DNA from: Haplodiscus bocki
Lineage: Eukaryota
NCBI GenBank assembly: GCA_965655095.1
Contig: OZ296649.1
Coordinates: forward strand, 97,216,001 to 97,280,000
DNA length: 64,000 nucleotides
Direction: 5' to 3'
The stretch's first letter is position 1. Every line of letters begins with the position of its first letter. Of the stretch, positions 63,633 through 64,000 are shown one piece after another. A program made the position numbers and the translations under genes. Under the pieces are notes generated by a model. That model was not told where the DNA came from. It did no database searches and worked only from the letters and a program-made list of their open reading frames with translations.

Positions 63633-64000
63633 ATCTTGGATGGTGATTTTGAGTAGAGCACCCTGTTATGAAACAGTACCTTTATGCAGTTTATACGCAA
63701 ACTTAATATAATCTCAACAAAACTTTAACAGAACATTAACAGTTTTAACGTAAACAACTTTACTGTGCTTACTTTAATGCAGTGTAACAGTTTTTCAAAA
63801 CTCTTTAATTCTCATTGTAAGCGTTTTTAATATAATATTCTGGGTGGCTCCCAAAATCAAAACAAAAAAAAACACATTTTGCATTACGTTTATTCATTCT
63901 TTCTCTGTCGATATTGTATTCGATGCTTTGTTGCCTTCATAATTTTTCTTCTAATTGGCATTTCTTAACAATCATTATTCATTGACTTGCTTTGTGACGC

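Larger units (their letters stand above)
50184..64000 (+). mobile_element. Element C: env-bearing Ty3/Gypsy retroelement (3' LTR beyond window)
   Basis: LTR TGTCA...TGACA, PBS TGGTGACAG, gag, pol, 3.5-kb accessory region, env. Confidence 0.92.

Overview
This is AT-rich, repeat-dense eukaryotic DNA, probably from an invertebrate animal. I found no ordinary host gene. Contents in order: (i) a tRNA-Leu primer-binding site at 598-615, abutted by an inverted 1.75-kb solo LTR (618-2364). (ii) Element A (~3482-18146), a heavily decayed env-bearing Ty3/Gypsy element. (iii) A 200-N gap. (iv) A decayed Polinton/adintovirus-like structural module on the minus strand, with major capsid, packaging ATPase, two minor-capsid-like paralogues and an adenain protease (~18390-26317). 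(v) Element B (26318-41375), a complete 15-kb Gypsy element with 1.7-kb LTRs, no env, and intron-containing antisense cargo resembling a zinc-finger/hAT-transposase derivative. (vi) A near-intact CR1/L2-group LINE whose ORF1 and ORF2 are in frame across a single TGA-CTA. (vii) Element C (50184 to beyond the window end), a better-preserved relative of A with gag, -1 frameshift, pol and a class I fusion env. The main discovery is the accessory load of the env-bearing lineage. It has a TARG1/Poa1p-like macrodomain at the end of pol (seen in both A and C) and, in C, an antisense, spliced OTU-like deubiquitinase between pol and env. Both domain types are known counter-defence modules of RNA viruses. 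All protein-family calls come from manual translation and motif recognition, not database searches.
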